Of a stretch of DNA of 64,000 nucleotides, positions 37,232-45,726 are shown piece by piece. Source of the stretch: an uncultured Clostridia bacterium. GTDB taxonomy: Bacteria > Bacillota > Clostridia > Christensenellales > Borkfalkiaceae. Both the position numbers and the translations under genes were made by a program. The stretch lies in the NCBI GenBank assembly GCA_964521125.1, contig CAZFPP010000001.1:12439-76438 (forward strand), in the 5' to 3' direction. The notes under the pieces were generated by a model. It did not search any database. It was not told where the DNA came from and saw nothing but the letters and a program-made list of their open reading frames with translations. Positions within the stretch are counted from its first letter, which is position 1. Each line of letters starts with the position of its first letter.

Positions 37232-37260
37232 ATTATAGTGTTTCATATAAAAAAAGACAA
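37232..37260 (-). promoter_or_regulatory. sigmaA-type promoter of the Cys-rich gene, with a palindrome over the -10
   Basis: Read on the minus strand: TTGTCT (37260-37255), 17-nt spacer, TATAAT (37237-37232). The 13-bp palindrome CACTAT-T-ATAGTG (37228-37240) covers the -10. Confidence 0.55.
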
Positions 37261-37289
37261 GATATTTTAGAAAAAAAATTCAAAATCAC

Positions 37290-37303
37290 AAAACATTTGT
37301 TTG
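37290..37303. promoter_or_regulatory. candidate LexA (SOS/Cheo) box
   Basis: AAAAC-ATTT-GTTTG has arms AAC-N4-GTT matching the Firmicute CGAAC-N4-GTTCG core. It overlaps the -35 of the lexA promoter. Confidence 0.4.
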
Positions 37304-37329
37304 CAATATATAAAAAAATGTGCTAAAAT
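37300..37329 (+). promoter_or_regulatory. sigmaA-type promoter of lexA
   Basis: TTTGCA (37300-37305), 18-nt spacer, TAAAAT (37324-37329). GGAGG at 37336-37340. Confidence 0.5.
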
Positions 37330-37350
37330 ATATTCGGAGGTAGGTGATCT

Positions 37351-37947
37351 ATGATAGAAAAAGGAAAATTAGACGAGGTGTTACAATATATTAATCGTTA
37401 TAGCGAGATGAACGGCTTTCCTCCTACAGTCCGCGATATGTGCGCCGATTTGCGGATAAAATCTACGGCAACCGCTTACAGTTATGTGAACCGTTTGCGT
37501 GAAATGGGATTTTTAAATAAAGCTGACAAAAAAAAGCGCGCGGTCGCTTTAAATACAGGCGATACGGTAAAGGTTCCCCTAATTGGGACGGTCACCGCCG
37601 GACAGCCCATTCTTGCCATTGAAAATTATGACGGCTATTATACCCTTCCTTCTGCCGAGTTTCAGGGAGACGAACTTTTTATGCTCCGAGTGAAAGGCGA
37701 CAGTATGATTGAAGCGGGAATATATGAAGGAGATAAAATTGTAGTAAAAAGGCAGGATACTGCGGAAAACGGAGATATTGTCGTGGCTCTATTTGACGAC
37801 GGGATAGAAGAAGGCGCAACGGTGAAGCGTTTTTATCGCCGTAATGAAAAGGTGATCCTTCATCCTGAGAATGCTACGATGAGCGATTTCGTCCTTGACG
37901 ACGTAACAATTTTGGGCAAAGTTATCGGTCTTTTAAGAAGCTTTTAA
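37351..37947 (+). CDS. lexA: LexA repressor
   Basis: 198-aa ORF with an N-terminal wHTH, the cleavage site VTAGQPILAIEN, and the Ser/Lys dyad regions KGDSMIEAGI and VVKRQD. Confidence 0.95.
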   Translation: MIEKGKLDEVLQYINRYSEMNGFPPTVRDMCADLRIKSTATAYSYVNRLREMGFLNKADKKKRAVALNTGDTVKVPLIGTVTAGQPILAIENYDGYYTLPSAEFQGDELFMLRVKGDSMIEAGIYEGDKIVVKRQDTAENGDIVVALFDDGIEEGATVKRFYRRNEKVILHPENATMSDFVLDDVTILGKVIGLLRSF

Positions 37948-37968
37948 TCTGTTCGGCTTAATTACTAT

Positions 37969-37993
37969 AAAGCGCGGCCTTTGCCGCGCTTTC
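37969..37993. terminator. bidirectional terminator between lexA and rluB
   Basis: Perfect 10-bp stem AAAGCGCGGC / GCCGCGCTTT (37969-37978 / 37983-37992). Confidence 0.75.
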
Positions 37994-37994
37994 A

Positions 37995-38699
37995 TTATAA
38001 GTTCTTTAAATAAAATACTTCTTCCTGAGAAAGTTTTCGTATTGCTCCCCTATCCAATCCCGTCAATGTAAGCTCCCCTATTTTAATGCGTTTCAAGAAA
38101 ACAACATTTTTACCTATGGCTTCAAACATTTTTCTAATTTCGCGGTTTTTCCCTTCGGTGAGCGTTAAGTGCAGTTTTGTATATTTTTTATCCGTTTCCA
38201 CAACGGAAATTTTACACTTCTTTGTGACGACGCCTTTCTCGATTTCTACGCCTGCACGCAATTGGTTCAGCTCTTTGGGGAAGATCGTACCCTCTATACG
38301 AACGAGATAGGTTTTGGGAATTTCGCTCTGCGGGGCGGTGAGACGGTAAGCAAGGTCTCCGTCGTTCGTGAGAATCAGTATTCCCTCGGTGTCGTAATCG
38401 AGTCTGCCAACCGGGAAAACCCGACCGGCACCCGCAGGAAGAAAATCCATAACGGTTTTACGATCTTTATCATCAGATACGGTACAAACGCAACCTTTCG
38501 GTTTATTTAAGAGATAATATTCATATTTCACTTTGTGGGACAATATTTTTCCGTCCAATTCCACGGTATCGGAAGGCGTAACGTCGTCTCCCGCTTTTGC
38601 CGTTATACCGTTGATTCTGACCCGTCCCTCTTGAATGAGTTCGTCGCTTCCGCGGCGGGAGGCAATTCCTTGTTCCGCTAAAAACTTATTGATCCGCAT
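37995..38699 (-). CDS. rluB: rRNA pseudouridine synthase, RsuA/RluB family
   Basis: N-terminal S4 domain MRINKFLAEQGIASRRGSDELI and the catalytic GRLDYDTEGILILTNDG motif. Confidence 0.9.
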   Translation of the reverse strand: MRINKFLAEQGIASRRGSDELIQEGRVRINGITAKAGDDVTPSDTVELDGKILSHKVKYEYYLLNKPKGCVCTVSDDKDRKTVMDFLPAGAGRVFPVGRLDYDTEGILILTNDGDLAYRLTAPQSEIPKTYLVRIEGTIFPKELNQLRAGVEIEKGVVTKKCKISVVETDKKYTKLHLTLTEGKNREIRKMFEAIGKNVVFLKRIKIGELTLTGLDRGAIRKLSQEEVFYLKNL

Positions 38700-38736
38700 A
38701 TGATTTTGCGCTTGACAAGCGCGTTCTCCTAAGAAA

Positions 38737-39750
38737 TTACTTTTCTATCATATACAAATTTTGCGAAAAAATCAAGTCGTTTTCAAGGAATATCTTCATT
38801 TGACCTGCAAATTCTCCCGCCGAGCAGTTTTGTTCAATACGGTTTATTTGTATTTTAATTTTATTCTGTTCGTCACCGGTGAGAGGATAACGGAAATCAT
38901 ATTTCGCAACGAGTTGTTTCTCTATCGTTTGAGTATGATCGAAGAGTGTTGTCATTCTGTATTTTTCATAAGCGGCATCGAGGAGTTCTGCTGTTCGTTC
39001 GTACATTTGCGGGGAATTGAGTACAACGCAAACAAGTTCCATTCCGTCGCGTTCTGCGGAAGTAACGAGGCACCTTCCCGCATTCAATGTAAATCCTGTT
39101 TTGATCCCGATTGCTCCGTCATATTCCCATAACATTTTATTCTTATTTTTCCAGTTCCGAGTTTCATAATATTTAGTGGAAACAATTTCCCGAAATGTTT
39201 CATTCTCCATAGCGTATGCGGCGATGACAGAAAGATCGCGCGCCGTTGTATAATGCCGTTGATCGGGTAATCCGTGCGGATTAACGAAGCGGCTGTTTTC
39301 TGCTCCCAATAACGCCGCTTTTTCATTCATCTTGTTTGCAAATGCTTTGATACTGCCGCTATGGTGCAAAGCGAGCGTAACGGCGCAATCGTTTCCGGAA
39401 CGGAGCATCAGTCCGTAAAGCAGATCGCGTACAGAATATTGTTCTCCTGCGCGCAGATAGACGCTGGATCCCTCTGTACCTTCCGCCTGTTTTGGGACGG
39501 TAATAATTTCATCCAAGTTGCAATCGTCGATTATCATGATCGCCGTTAATATTTTTGTCGTACTCGCCATGGGTAGAATATTATCGGCGTTGTTTTCAGA
39601 TAAAAACCGATGAGATGAAACTTCGATAACGCATTCGGCAACGCTTGGAGTTGCCAATGCATTTGCGTTCGCAAACGGACCGTTGATGCAAACAGCGATC
39701 AGAAATGCAAAAAATGCCGCGAATAAAACAAAAAGAATGCGTTTAGTCAT
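38737..39750 (-). CDS. D-alanyl-D-alanine carboxypeptidase (peptidase S11), secreted
   Basis: Signal-like N-terminus. Motifs SxxK = STTK, SxN = SGND, KTG = KTGFT. Confidence 0.88.
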   Translation of the reverse strand: MTKRILFVLFAAFFAFLIAVCINGPFANANALATPSVAECVIEVSSHRFLSENNADNILPMASTTKILTAIMIIDDCNLDEIITVPKQAEGTEGSSVYLRAGEQYSVRDLLYGLMLRSGNDCAVTLALHHSGSIKAFANKMNEKAALLGAENSRFVNPHGLPDQRHYTTARDLSVIAAYAMENETFREIVSTKYYETRNWKNKNKMLWEYDGAIGIKTGFTLNAGRCLVTSAERDGMELVCVVLNSPQMYERTAELLDAAYEKYRMTTLFDHTQTIEKQLVAKYDFRYPLTGDEQNKIKIQINRIEQNCSAGEFAGQMKIFLENDLIFSQNLYMIEK

Positions 39751-40117
39751 GCGCTTTTTCCGTATAGGAATTTAGCAGTTCGCTTACTTTTTCAATTAGT
39801 CCATCCAGCGGATCGTCCGTCACTTTTACGATACGGCACTTTTTTCCGTCGTCAATGAGGAAGCCTGCGGGTTTCAGATTGATTACCGTGCCTGCGCCTC
39901 CCGCAAAAGGAAAGCACTCGTCTTCCTTGATTGCTTTTACTTTCCCGTATTCTCCGCCTCCCGAAAGATATCCCATCGTCACTTTCGTGAAGGGAATAAT
40001 CTGGGCTCCGCTTGCGGAAAACAGAGGTTTACCGATAACGGTATTGACGTCAATCAAGCCGGTGAGCTGCTCTGCCGTTTTTTCCATAATGCTGTCGATT
40101 TTTTTTCTCTGATCCAT
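39743..40117 (-). CDS. ytfJ: sporulation protein YtfJ / GerW family
   Basis: 124-aa ORF. IDVNTVIGKPLF...IIPFTKVTMGYLSGGGEYG matches the YtfJ/GerW pattern. Confidence 0.85.
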   Translation of the reverse strand: MDQRKKIDSIMEKTAEQLTGLIDVNTVIGKPLFSASGAQIIPFTKVTMGYLSGGGEYGKVKAIKEDECFPFAGGAGTVINLKPAGFLIDDGKKCRIVKVTDDPLDGLIEKVSELLNSYTEKAHD

Positions 40118-40644
40118 TTTATGATTATCTCCAAAAATTTTTTTTCGATTGCGATCGTCAGTACAAGTCCGTTGAAAACGGTTGCGGCTTGTAGTGTGAT
40201 CTTTAAGTTTGGCGTCTCGCTGAGCAACGTATTATTTTTTAAGGAGAGAAACGGATGAAGCGTTTTTAATATGGAAAAAATCGCTGCGCCGACCGATTGC
40301 AAAACGGCGGCGACGATAATCCCGGAAACTTTCTCCGCTCCTCCCGTTTCAACCGTTTGGTGAAATCTCCAAAGCTGAAATCCTTTTGTGATCTCAAATT
40401 TTTTTCGCGTCGCCGCCATTTGTTTATATGGCAGAAAAACCGCTCTCTTTTTTGTCAAATGAAATGCGATGCCCTCTTTTGTTAATTGCAAATATCCGCC
40501 GAATACTTTAAGAATCCGATACAGACTGATAGAAAACCAACATTTATTTTCTTTGACGTCTACATAGCTGTCAACGTAGACGAAAATCGGGAAGAGATAG
40601 AAGAGCGTTCCGATAAAAAGAAAATAAATAAAAAGTTCGCCCAT
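40054..40644 (-). CDS. DUF2953 / YtfI-like membrane protein
   Basis: 196-aa ORF with an N-terminal TM, positioned directly upstream of ytfJ as in the B. subtilis ytfI-ytfJ pair. No obvious RBS. Confidence 0.6.
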   Translation of the reverse strand: MGELFIYFLFIGTLFYLFPIFVYVDSYVDVKENKCWFSISLYRILKVFGGYLQLTKEGIAFHLTKKRAVFLPYKQMAATRKKFEITKGFQLWRFHQTVETGGAEKVSGIIVAAVLQSVGAAIFSILKTLHPFLSLKNNTLLSETPNLKITLQAATVFNGLVLTIAIEKKFLEIIIKWIREKKSTALWKKRQSSSPA

Positions 40645-40720
40645 ATCCGTAATATGAGCGAACAGATCAAAAATTATTACTTGTCCGAAACATGAAAACT
40701 TGATTTGCTTGTGGTTTTGC

Positions 40721-41467
40721 CTAACCGATTTTCAAAAGATCGGTATCGTCTAATCCGCGCAGGAAATCCGGTATTTCGTAACCGTCTACAATTTCTTCAT
40801 CGTTTTCTTGCTGTATTTCTGCCGACGTCTCGGTTGGTTGCGGCGTTTTAGATGCGTCTATAGGTACGGTAGATTCTTTATACATGCGCTCCTGTTCTTC
40901 CGTCGTATAACCCTCCCGCGCATATAAATAGCCATTTCTATCTTCCGTACGCGTAATCGCCGCCATCAAAGCGTCGTAATCGGGCAAATCTTCCAGTGAA
41001 TTCAGTTTAAAGCGTTTTAAGAATTCATCTGTTGTTGCATAAAGAATGGGTTTTCCGACGGCGTCTTTTCTTCCGCAGGGATAAATGAGTTTCAGATCGA
41101 GAAGCACACGAACGGCATAATCGCTGTTTAGTCCTCGTAACAGTTCGATTTCCGTCTTGGTGATGGGTTGTTTATATGCGACGATTGCGGCGCATTCCAA
41201 AATAGTGCGGGTCAGTTCCTTCTCGCGAATGGGATTGAGAACAGCCTCTACATCCGTTTTATATGCAGGATTACTACCAAGCTGCGCTTTTCCATTGAAC
41301 TGCAAAAGCTGAATTCCGCCGTCTTCCCCATATTTTTCTTTGAGTTCGTGAAGCGATTTCTTCACTTCACCCATACTGACGCCGAGTTTTTCGGCAATAT
41401 CTGAAAGGGAAACGCTCTTGCCCGAGGCAAACAGTATCGCCTCAATCGTATTCGTCAATCTGTCCAA
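40721..41467 (-). CDS. scpB: segregation and condensation protein B with a ~60-aa acidic C-terminal extension
   Basis: NTIEAILFASGKSVSLSDIA is the winged-helix ScpB signature. The tail ends ...GYEIPDFLRGLDDTDLLKIG. Confidence 0.9.
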   Translation of the reverse strand: MDRLTNTIEAILFASGKSVSLSDIAEKLGVSMGEVKKSLHELKEKYGEDGGIQLLQFNGKAQLGSNPAYKTDVEAVLNPIREKELTRTILECAAIVAYKQPITKTEIELLRGLNSDYAVRVLLDLKLIYPCGRKDAVGKPILYATTDEFLKRFKLNSLEDLPDYDALMAAITRTEDRNGYLYAREGYTTEEQERMYKESTVPIDASKTPQPTETSAEIQQENDEEIVDGYEIPDFLRGLDDTDLLKIG

Positions 41468-42254
41468 GAGATTCCTCCTCGTTTCTATCGGGATTGCGCG
41501 TTAGTAAAATCTCCCCGAAAGTTTCTTCCTGCGATACGCGCAGATATTGATATTTTAAAAGTTCCAAAAGCGCCTGAAACGTTGTTACGATTTCCGCCTT
41601 GGTAAAATCCCGCGAAAAAAGCTTTGTAAATGCAATCTGATCCTGTGTTTCCAGCGTTTCCAATATGTATTGCACTTTCTGTGTAACGGTGTAACTGTCC
41701 CGGGGGATCTCCCTTACTTCCTCTGTCGCGATCTCGTTCTCCCGCTTCATCATCAGAGTGGAAAAGGCGGAGATCAATCCGTCCAACGTCAAATTGTCGA
41801 GGGAAAACACCGTTTTCGTCTCCCCCACGTTTTTATCGGGTTCTTTGAAAAAATATCCGATGGTTTCCAACTCTTTAAGCTTTTTCGTCTCTTCTTTAAT
41901 GAGTCGGAATTCCTCCAATGCGCGGATGAGTTCGGCTTTGTCCTCCTCGATTTCGGCATCGATTTCGGGATCTTCTTCAAGGTTTGGCACAAGACTCTGC
42001 GCCTTAATTTTGAGAATGGTTGCCGCAATGTTGAGATATTCGCTCACTTTATCGACGTCAAGGTGCGGTAGTCCTTTCATGTAATCGAGAAATTGTTCTG
42101 TTACTTGGGAGATGAATACATCTTTGATTTCGATTTCCTCTTTGTTAATTAGGAATAAAAGTAAATCAAGCGGACCTTCAAAGCCGTCGAGTATCGTTGT
42201 ATAATCTACGATCGATTCAAAGTTTTCGCGGTTTACCACGGAATCAACCCCCAT
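41442..42254 (-). CDS. scpA: segregation and condensation protein A (kleisin)
   Basis: FEGPLDLLLFLINKEEIEIKDVFISQVTEQF is the ScpA signature. Start is ambiguous: ATG 42254, or GTG 42239 preceded by GGGGG and overlapping the upstream stop. The track start at 42305 is unlikely. Confidence 0.88.
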   Translation of the reverse strand: MGVDSVVNRENFESIVDYTTILDGFEGPLDLLLFLINKEEIEIKDVFISQVTEQFLDYMKGLPHLDVDKVSEYLNIAATILKIKAQSLVPNLEEDPEIDAEIEEDKAELIRALEEFRLIKEETKKLKELETIGYFFKEPDKNVGETKTVFSLDNLTLDGLISAFSTLMMKRENEIATEEVREIPRDSYTVTQKVQYILETLETQDQIAFTKLFSRDFTKAEIVTTFQALLELLKYQYLRVSQEETFGEILLTRNPDRNEEESLGQIDEYD

Positions 42255-42919
42255 AGTGCGCTGATCGGCCAACCGAAAATATCTGTTGCGAATTTCATAA
42301 ACCAACCGAGGATATTAAACATATCCATTTGGTAAGCGCCGAATCTGACGAACATATTGCAAATGAAACTTTCTACGATGAGTGCAAGCAGAATAATGTA
42401 ACCGTACTGACGCAGGAAGCGGTAGACCTTTCCTCGACGTTTATTGAGCGCATCTACGATACGGAAACCGTCCAACGGATAGAGTGGAAGCAAATTGAAA
42501 ACGCAAAATGAAAGGCTGTAAGCGTAGAGATATGACGTTAGAAAATACAAAAATACGTATAAAATTTCGGGCAGTCCCACTGCATAATGTAAGACGACCA
42601 TAAATAACGGATAAAAGAGAAACGCCGAGAGATAGTTGACGATAATGCCCGCACTTGCCGTGAGTCCCAGCCCCAATCGGTATTTTTTAAAGTTGTTTGG
42701 ATTGATGGGAACGGGTTTTGCCCAACCGAATCCGACAAATGCAAAACATACAAGCCCCAATGGGTCAAAATGCCGTAGCGGATTGAAGGAAAGCCTTCCG
42801 CTCCATTTGGGCGTCGGATCCCCGCATTTATAAGCTATGAAGGCGTGCGAATATTCGTGCATCGTCAAAACGACGACCACGGCGAGAAAACTTGCGAACA
42901 ACTCGATTACATAATCCAT
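42233..42919 (-). CDS. site-2 protease family (M50-like) membrane metalloprotease
   Basis: HEYSHAF (HExxH) in the first TM region and LLPLYPLDG near the C-terminus. Polytopic. Confidence 0.8.
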   Translation of the reverse strand: MDYVIELFASFLAVVVVLTMHEYSHAFIAYKCGDPTPKWSGRLSFNPLRHFDPLGLVCFAFVGFGWAKPVPINPNNFKKYRLGLGLTASAGIIVNYLSAFLFYPLFMVVLHYAVGLPEILYVFLYFLTSYLYAYSLSFCVFNLLPLYPLDGFRIVDALNKRRGKVYRFLRQYGYIILLALIVESFICNMFVRFGAYQMDMFNILGWFMKFATDIFGWPISALWGLIPW

Positions 42920-43118
42920 ATAGCTTTATTATATCGGAATCAGTGTAAAAAAGCAACTGTTTCGCCCCAAATATCGCGGCATTTCACGGCATATTTTACA
43001 AGATATTGTATCAAAGCATAAACATTTTTGTTGTGCCCGTGTGGCGGCGAATATTGTTCGTTTTCCTTTTCCGTTTTTGCCGATGAGTCCGAGCTTCCAA
43101 TCGGTGTTAGTTAAGTGA

Positions 43119-44450
43119 TTATTTGAGATATTCTGGAATCACGTCGTTTCGTACCAAGTCTTCATACGTTTGCGGCTTCACGATATATTCCGCTTTCCCG
43201 TCTTTGACGAGTATGACGGGCGGAATGAAGTTGCGATTATAATTGCTCGCCATGGAATAATTGTATGCGCCTGTCGAAAGAACGGCGAGAAGATCCCCCG
43301 TTCGTGCCTTAGGTAAATTCAGGTTGACCCCGATAAGATCGCCGCTTTCGCAACATTTTCCCGCAACGGAGATAAGCTCGCACGGCGGCTCGTCCGCGCG
43401 GTTTGCAAGGATCGCCGTATATTTGGATTGATACAGACAATAGCGAGGATTGTCGAACATTCCTCCGTCGATCGCAACGTATTTCCGAATGCCCGGAATC
43501 TCTTTGACGGCGCCGACGGTATAGAGTGTGATTCCCGCTTCTCCCACGATTGAACGCCCCGGCTCTATGAGGAGATAAGGGCGTTTCAATCCGTATTCGC
43601 CGCAATCTTTCTTTATTTCTTCGATGAGAGCGTTCAAATATTCCCGATATCCCTCTACGGGGATTTTTACGTCTTCATCGGTGTACCAAATTCCAAAGCC
43701 GCCTCCCAAATTGAGCGTTTCCGCTTCGTAAGAGGTCTCCCTTTTGACGTCGAAGATAAAACTAAGACATTTCTGCGCCGCAAGCACGAAAGATTGTTTT
43801 TCAAAAATCTGCGACCCGATATGACAATGATATCCTTTTAATTTCAGATTACGCTTTGAAAGAATATTTTTGGTGATTTCCAATGCCGCGCCGTTCGCAA
43901 CGGAAAACCCGAATTTTGAATCGGGCGTTGCTGTTTGCACATAAGCGTGCGTATGCGCCTCTACACCCGGATTAATGCGAATGAGTACGTCTTGCATGAT
44001 TCCGCGCGTATGCGCCATTTCATCAAGCAATTCAGCTTCCGAATAAGAGTCTACGACGATCGTTCCTACGCCGCAATCCAAGGCATATGACAGTTCGCGC
44101 GGAAGTTTATTGTTACCGTGCATATAAATTTTATCGGCAGGAAATCCCGCTTGCATAGCGGTATAAAGCTCACCGCCCGAGACGACATCTACGCCGACTC
44201 GCTCCTGTTTCGCAATGGCGTAAACGGCTTCGCAGGAAAACGCTTTGCTCGCATAAAGGACGAGCCCGTTACCATCGTATTCTTTCTCTATCGTGTCGCG
44301 GTAGACGCGCATCATATTACGAATGTGCGCTTCGTCAAAAACGTAAAGCGGCGTGCCAAACTTCTCAGCAAGTTCCGTGCAATCCGCACCACCGATCTCT
44401 AAGTGACCTTTTTCATTGATTTTCAGCGTGTCCCTTGCATTCATAAGCAT
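43119..44450 (-). CDS. lysA: diaminopimelate decarboxylase
   Basis: 443-aa ORF with the PLP-lysine region YASKAF, plus HCHIGSQI and GKCCESGD motifs. Confidence 0.93.
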   Translation of the reverse strand: MLMNARDTLKINEKGHLEIGGADCTELAEKFGTPLYVFDEAHIRNMMRVYRDTIEKEYDGNGLVLYASKAFSCEAVYAIAKQERVGVDVVSGGELYTAMQAGFPADKIYMHGNNKLPRELSYALDCGVGTIVVDSYSEAELLDEMAHTRGIMQDVLIRINPGVEAHTHAYVQTATPDSKFGFSVANGAALEITKNILSKRNLKLKGYHCHIGSQIFEKQSFVLAAQKCLSFIFDVKRETSYEAETLNLGGGFGIWYTDEDVKIPVEGYREYLNALIEEIKKDCGEYGLKRPYLLIEPGRSIVGEAGITLYTVGAVKEIPGIRKYVAIDGGMFDNPRYCLYQSKYTAILANRADEPPCELISVAGKCCESGDLIGVNLNLPKARTGDLLAVLSTGAYNYSMASNYNRNFIPPVILVKDGKAEYIVKPQTYEDLVRNDVIPEYLK

Positions 44451-44527
44451 AACCTTTCAGCATTATTTGTTTATATGATATGTTAGCATGGACACAAAAA
44501 AAAGTCAAGGAAAACAGCGTGAAAAGA

Positions 44528-45697
44528 TCAGTTCCAATCCCCGGCGCTTTCCTTATAGGCATCCGCCCATGATAACTTTTCTGCATTTTCGGCGGCAAGC
44601 AGATTGCAACGCCCCGTTTCCACGCCGTCGCAGTAAAGGATCGCTTCGCCGACTATTGTGCCCGTGGATAAAGGCGCTTTCATAGACTTGGAAAAGGTAT
44701 ATTCGGTAGTACAATTGCGTTGTTCCCCTTTCTTTTGAAAAACAGACAGCGTTGATTCGGGGCAGACTGTAATTTCACGTTGCTTACTTCCGCGAACGGG
44801 CAGATGTTTATTGATCGCTTTACCTGCTTCAACGATGACTTTATTCTCATAGGTCGCAAACGCATAATTCAAGAGATTAGTAATTCCTTCAAAACGTTTT
44901 GCCGAACTTTCCGCGCCTATTACAACAGAGATAAGGCGCGTGTCTCCCCGTTTCGCTGTAGCGGCAAGACAAAATCCTGCTTGATTCGTAAAACCCGTTT
45001 TCCCTCCGTCGCATCCGTCGTAACTTCTTATCATGCGGTTTGTATTAGTGATGCATGTTGTTCTTCCATCAGGATGCTTAAAGTCTTCCAACCAAACGCG
45101 CGAATATTCAAAGTATTTTTCATGTTTCAATAGTTCCCGCAGCATGAGCGCTACATCTTTTGCGCAAGAATATTGAGGCTCCTTAGGAAGTCCGGTACAG
45201 TTGGCGAAAAGCGTATTTTCCGCGCCGAGTTCGCGCGCTTTTTCGTTCATTTTTTCCACGAACAGACTCTCGCTACCCGCAATACGTTCCGCCATAGCAA
45301 CACATGAATCGTTTGCCGAACAGATAGCTATCGTTTTTATAAGTTCGGAAGCAGAATAGCTTAATCCCGATTGCAAAAATACTTGAGAACCGCCCATGCC
45401 GGATGCGTTTTCACTGACGTTGATTGGTTCGTCGTAAGTGAGGTTACCGCACTCTACCGCTTCAAAGCTTAAAATTAACGTCATGATTTTACACATACTG
45501 GCAATAGGAAGCCTCTCAGTTGCGTTCTGTTCGTAGGCAACTGCTCCGCCTGCCGCCTCACACAAATATGCCGCCTTGCACTCGGCAAGCGTATCATTCG
45601 TTACAGCATCAGCTGTTTTTTGCTCTTTTTGTAACCCTATCGGCGCTAAAATTATGCCGAGCATGAGCGCCGCAACCATTAATTTTTTCATACTCAC
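44528..45697 (-). CDS. D-alanyl-D-alanine carboxypeptidase (peptidase S11 with PBP5 C-terminal domain), DacF/DacA-like
   Basis: Signal peptide MSMKKLMVAALMLGIILAPIG. Motifs SxxK = SMCK, SxN = SAND, KTG = KTGFT. A C-terminal beta domain is present. Confidence 0.88.
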   Translation of the reverse strand: MSMKKLMVAALMLGIILAPIGLQKEQKTADAVTNDTLAECKAAYLCEAAGGAVAYEQNATERLPIASMCKIMTLILSFEAVECGNLTYDEPINVSENASGMGGSQVFLQSGLSYSASELIKTIAICSANDSCVAMAERIAGSESLFVEKMNEKARELGAENTLFANCTGLPKEPQYSCAKDVALMLRELLKHEKYFEYSRVWLEDFKHPDGRTTCITNTNRMIRSYDGCDGGKTGFTNQAGFCLAATAKRGDTRLISVVIGAESSAKRFEGITNLLNYAFATYENKVIVEAGKAINKHLPVRGSKQREITVCPESTLSVFQKKGEQRNCTTEYTFSKSMKAPLSTGTIVGEAILYCDGVETGRCNLLAAENAEKLSWADAYKESAGDWN

Positions 45698-45726
45698 AGT
45701 TTGCGCTCCATTTTAAAAAATATAAC

